Assembly (NCBI GenBank): GCA_037447605.1
Contig: CM074816.1
Coordinates: 1,702,525 to 1,766,524 of the forward strand
From: Zygnema circumcarinatum SAG 698-1b
Taxonomy: Eukaryota > Plantae > Zygnematophyceae
Length of the DNA: 64,000 nucleotides
Direction of reading: 5' to 3'
Positions 54,596 to 64,000 of the stretch are shown here, one piece after another (position 1 is the stretch's first letter; each line of letters starts with the position of its first letter). The notes beneath the pieces were generated by a model, which did no database searches, was not told the origin of the DNA, and saw only the letters and a list, made by a program, of their open reading frames with translations. Position numbers and translations under genes: made by a program.

Positions 54596-55250
54596 TATTT
54601 TGGAGGAGGAAGTCGACAACAGCCTAGAGACCTTCATGTGGGTGTTCGTTTATTGTCTGAACCCTTCTTTAGGGTACGCAGTGGGGCGAGAGGTTTAAGG
54701 TCAATGCAAGTTTTTGGGGCTGCAAGTTTGGCATTTGCTTGTGCTTTTGAAGGCTCTTGAAAGTTGAAACGAACCTCACATGATTGGTAGAGAGGCAAGT
54801 CAATTGTGAAGGTTGCGAGGTTTTGTTAAACACGTGTTAGGACGGGCCCAATGGGTCCATAGCCCAAGAAGATCTGAAATAAGACATGAGGATGCATCAT
54901 AAGGGCACATAGAAGAAAGCAACAATGTGTGGAACCAATGGAAAACGGTCACAAACCACCTGCCTTTGGTTTAGGGTTTGTAGGGGGAATGCCTGTACTT
55001 GGCCTAACAATGCCTTGTGGACCAACTGCCTTGGGCCCACATTGGAACATTGGACTCTAGACATGTGTGAGAGTTGCGAACCATTTCATGTTCAACAACA
55101 AATGTTGGGGCCGCAAGGCAGGGGAGGGCGCCCCTATGGTACAATAAGAAACCGCCGTACGATTCTGTCAAAAAAAAGCGTCCAGTTTCAGTTTTAGCTC
55201 CAATTCAGTTCTAGTTCAAACGAACGGTCCTGTCGTACATAATGACTGTA

Positions 55251-55441
55251 CAGTAGACCCCCCCAATATTTTCGCCATGGTTTCGGCAAATATTGGGCGA
55301 AAATATTGGGTAGCGAAAATATAAGGGTGCGTGTTAACAATAGGCGGGCAGTATTATGTTAAAAAGTGGTTTTGGCAAATTCAGGGCGAAAATATTGGGG
55401 AGCGAAAATAAGAGGGGCGAAAATATTGGGGGGGTCTACTG
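55251..55441. mobile_element. Tc1/mariner-type MITE (191 bp)
   Basis: Perfect 26-bp TIRs CAGTAGACCCCCCCAATATTTTCGCC / GGCGAAAATATTGGGGGGGTCTACTG, flanked by TA on both sides (55249-55250, 55442-55443). Internal GCGAAAATATTGGG sub-repeats. Confidence 0.88.
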
Positions 55442-55509
55442 TACGGGTTCTACTGAAATCTGTACGGTCCCCCACTGACAGCTTTCAGCCAGGGTTGCGC
55501 GCACTCCCG

Positions 55510-56180
55510 AGGGCCCTGAACCCTAATTTTTGGGAGACGGAGGCCAGCCTTAAACCCTGAACCCTGAACCCTGAACCCTAATTTTCGGAAGACGGAGGCG
55601 AGCCCTGAACCCTGAACCCTGAACCGTAAACCGTGAACCCTGAACCCTGAACCTGAAACCCTGAACTCTGAACCCTGAACCCTAAACCCTGAACTCTGAA
55701 CCTTAAATCCTACACCTTAAACCCTGGGCCCTGGTACGAGAGTACGGGCTCCCATTTGGAGACGAAGGCGCGAGTTCTGAAGGTAAAGGTTAAAGGCAGG
55801 GAATCGCTTCCTGTCCCGAGCGCAAAAACTAGACACCTGAACACTAGTTCCTGATCCGCAGATTTTTGGATTTTAAGTTTAATCTCTGATGCTCGAAACC
55901 CTGGACCCCAAGACCCTGAACCCTGAACCCTAACCTTAGAACTTAACCCCTTGAACCCTGGACCCCGCAACCTAACCCGCGAACCCTTAATCCTGAACTA
56001 TTCAACCCCAGCCCCTGCCGCTCCTCACCTTTGAACCCTAGACCCTCGACCCTAAACCATAAACCCTAAACCCTAAAGCCTTAAATTAAAACCCGAAACC
56101 TTAAAGCCTGACAATCCTACACCCTAAATCCCTAAATCTTAATCCCTGAAGCATAAGCCCTACATCCTAAACCCTACCCC
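55510..56180. repeat. Degenerate telomere-like heptamer tract (CCCTGAA/CCCTAAA)
   Basis: Clusters at about 55510-55730 and 55895-56180. Confidence 0.8.
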
Positions 56181-56183
56181 TCA

Positions 56184-56351
56184 CCCTAACCCTAACCCTA
56201 ACCCTAACCCTAACCCTAACCCTAACCCTAACCCTAACCCTAACCCTAACCCTAACCCTAACCCTAACCCTAACCCTAACCCTAACCCTAACCCTAACCC
56301 TAACCCTAACCCTAACCCTAACCCTAACCATAACCCTAATCCTAACCCTAA
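56184..56351. repeat. Interstitial (CCCTAA)28 = TTAGGG-type telomeric array
   Basis: 24 perfect CCCTAA units followed by CCATAA, CCCTAA, TCCTAA, CCCTAA. It ends 22 bp before the Kelch ATG. Confidence 0.95.
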
Positions 56352-56373
56352 ATCTGGTTTCCCGCAGCGCGGC

Positions 56374-62153
<5,780 letters not shown>

Positions 62154-62622
62154 GTAAGTGTGAGGGAGCCAATTTTAGGGTTTAGGGTTTAGGGTGTAGG
62201 GTTTAGAGAAAAAAGGGTTTATATATAGAAATATGCATTTCTGTTTTGGGGGGGGGGGGGGGGGGGNNNNNNNNNNGGGGGGTTGGTGGTGGAGAGTTTT
62301 GAGGGGTGTTCAGCTATGGATATATCTCTAAGGGATACATAGGATGAGCTTCCTATTAGAAGAGACTTGAAATACTAGTGACAAAGCTATACGGGAACAC
62401 ACTCTCTCTCTCTCTCTCCCTCCACCCCTTTTTTCTCGTCCCTCTCTCGCTTCCCCTTGTCACCCTCTCGCCTCCCCTCTCTCTCCCTCTCTCTTTCGTT
62501 TCTTCATCGTCCCGTCTCTCCCCCCTCACTCTGTCCCCCTCCCTGTCCCTCTCCCTTCCGTCGCTCTCTCTCGCGCTCCCTATTCTCCGTTGTTTCTCTC
62601 TCGTTCTCATTGTGCCAATTAG

Positions 62623-63838
62623 GGTGTTGGAAGCAGGAGGAGAACAGAGGAGAGGGAGAAACTAAGCCAGCAAATAGCAAGAAGGAGAGAGAAGAGGAAA
62701 CTTGCCAAGGCTGCTGAAGCCCCAATGGGGCCAACCCTCATGAGTCCAAATGGGATACTACATAACCACCAAGCAGAGAGGGAGATATCATCCATGCAAC
62801 CTTCTCCTCCTTCTTCTCCTCCTCCCCCCCCTCCTCCTTCTTCTTCTCCTCCTCCCCCTCCTCTTCCTACCACTACCCCCTCCTCTCACATGCTATCTAC
62901 ACCTTCCTCGATGAACGAAAGAGGGAACAACTCCGACACCCTTCTTCCTATCGAAAAATCAAACATACAATCCGTCTCCCTTCCTGTTATCCCTACCACA
63001 ACGAGCTCCTCTCCCGCACTCCCCTCTTTCGTAGGTCCCTCTACCACTCCTCAGGTAGGCCCCCATCTATCACATATCTGCATATCTACCCCTATGCAGA
63101 CTACCTCCTCTTATGGATCCAACCCATGCTTCGATAGGTCTCAAGTCCGTCATGGTGGGCCCCACCCTCCCCCATCAATCATAAAGCTCATTATCGGTCC
63201 CTCAATGTAAATTTCTCGAGGATGAGGAAAAAAAAATCTAGAGCATCTAAAAGAAAAAAGTCAGCGTGATTTAAAATCATTCCTCCTTTTTTTTTCTTTT
63301 TCTTCTTCTTTTCTTGTCCCTCACTGTGGGCCCCACTTCCGGCTCTGTGGGCCCCACCTGGACGGATTCTATGTTAGGGAGGGAGGGAGGGAGGGTAGTC
63401 CTAAACAGCCGGAACCTGAATTGAAGTGGTAGAAAATGCTTTGTTTCTGGAATGAAGGGTCTGAGAATGTGAAATTTTGTGAAATTTTTAAAAACCTGTG
63501 GGGGAAATTGAAAGCTTTAGACCTGATTCCACTAAAACCATACAAACTTTACCGTTCCCGAAAGCCCTGATTCTCCTAAACGCATTAAATGTTGGATTCT
63601 AGAAAGAGTCTGTAAGAGTCTATAAAACCCCATAAACCCTAAATCTTGACAACCGTAGAATCTGCCGTTCACGGCAAACGGAATCCGTAACATGTATTGT
63701 GACGGATGTTGAATTTGGAGTTGATACTTTCTGCAGATGGTGAGTGGGATGAGCCGAATGAGTGCAACGGAACTGCTCCACATGGAAATGGCTCAAAGTC
63801 AGGCGCAAGATTCGCACCATATGCAAACCTACCTTTGA
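62623..63838 (+). CDS. Possible terminal exons of the Kelch gene (Lys/Arg-rich then Pro/Ser-rich exon from 62623; candidate last exon 63737-63838)
   Basis: Polypyrimidine tracts ending in AG at 62622 and 63736, with open frames after them. The phase of the junction with 62153 is ambiguous and there are no recognisable conserved motifs. Confidence 0.3.
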
Positions 63839-64000
63839 CAAGGGTTCAGGGTTCAGAGATTCGTCAGGGGGAGGGGTGAGTTCAGGATGTAATAAAAGAG
63901 GAGGTTTTTGGGTTTGAGTTTGGGGTTTGGAAGGGTTCAGGGCTTCGGCTGGGTTGTTTTTTTGTTAAGGGTGAAGGGAAGCACCGTAAAGTGGTGACAG

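Overview
Eukaryotic, intron-rich genomic DNA from a green plant-lineage organism. The proteins are land-plant-like and include a plastid-targeted ribosomal protein. The short, microsatellite-filled introns suggest a streptophyte alga; this is inference, not a species call. Eight spliced genes could be reconstructed by hand: the 3' end of BET3/TRAPPC3 (+), ZW10/MIP1 (-), a C2-VASt-C2-GRAM-VASt protein (+), plastid RPL9 (-), a PDIA6/PDIL2-type disulfide isomerase (+), EB1 (-), NECAP (-) and a Kelch-repeat protein (+). Most transposons sit in one island at 29.9-40.7 kb. There a Mutator-like element with 9-bp TSDs and a remnant transposase N-terminus is split by a young Ty1/copia element (matching LTRs, 5-bp TSD, PBS, PPT), and is followed by a decayed Ty3/gypsy gag-pol. 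Two further TIR elements lie at 51.4 and 55.3 kb. Most long ORFs in the supplied track are artefacts of CT/GA microsatellites. The scaffold has ten 10-N gaps and several abruptly noisy stretches, so some anomalies (ZW10 exon-block duplication, frameshifts) may be assembly errors. I found no evidence for a wholly new multi-gene system. The best leads are splicing-level oddities in ZW10, the nested TE structure, telomere-like arrays hugging start and stop codons, and the strand-polarised CT/GA intron architecture.
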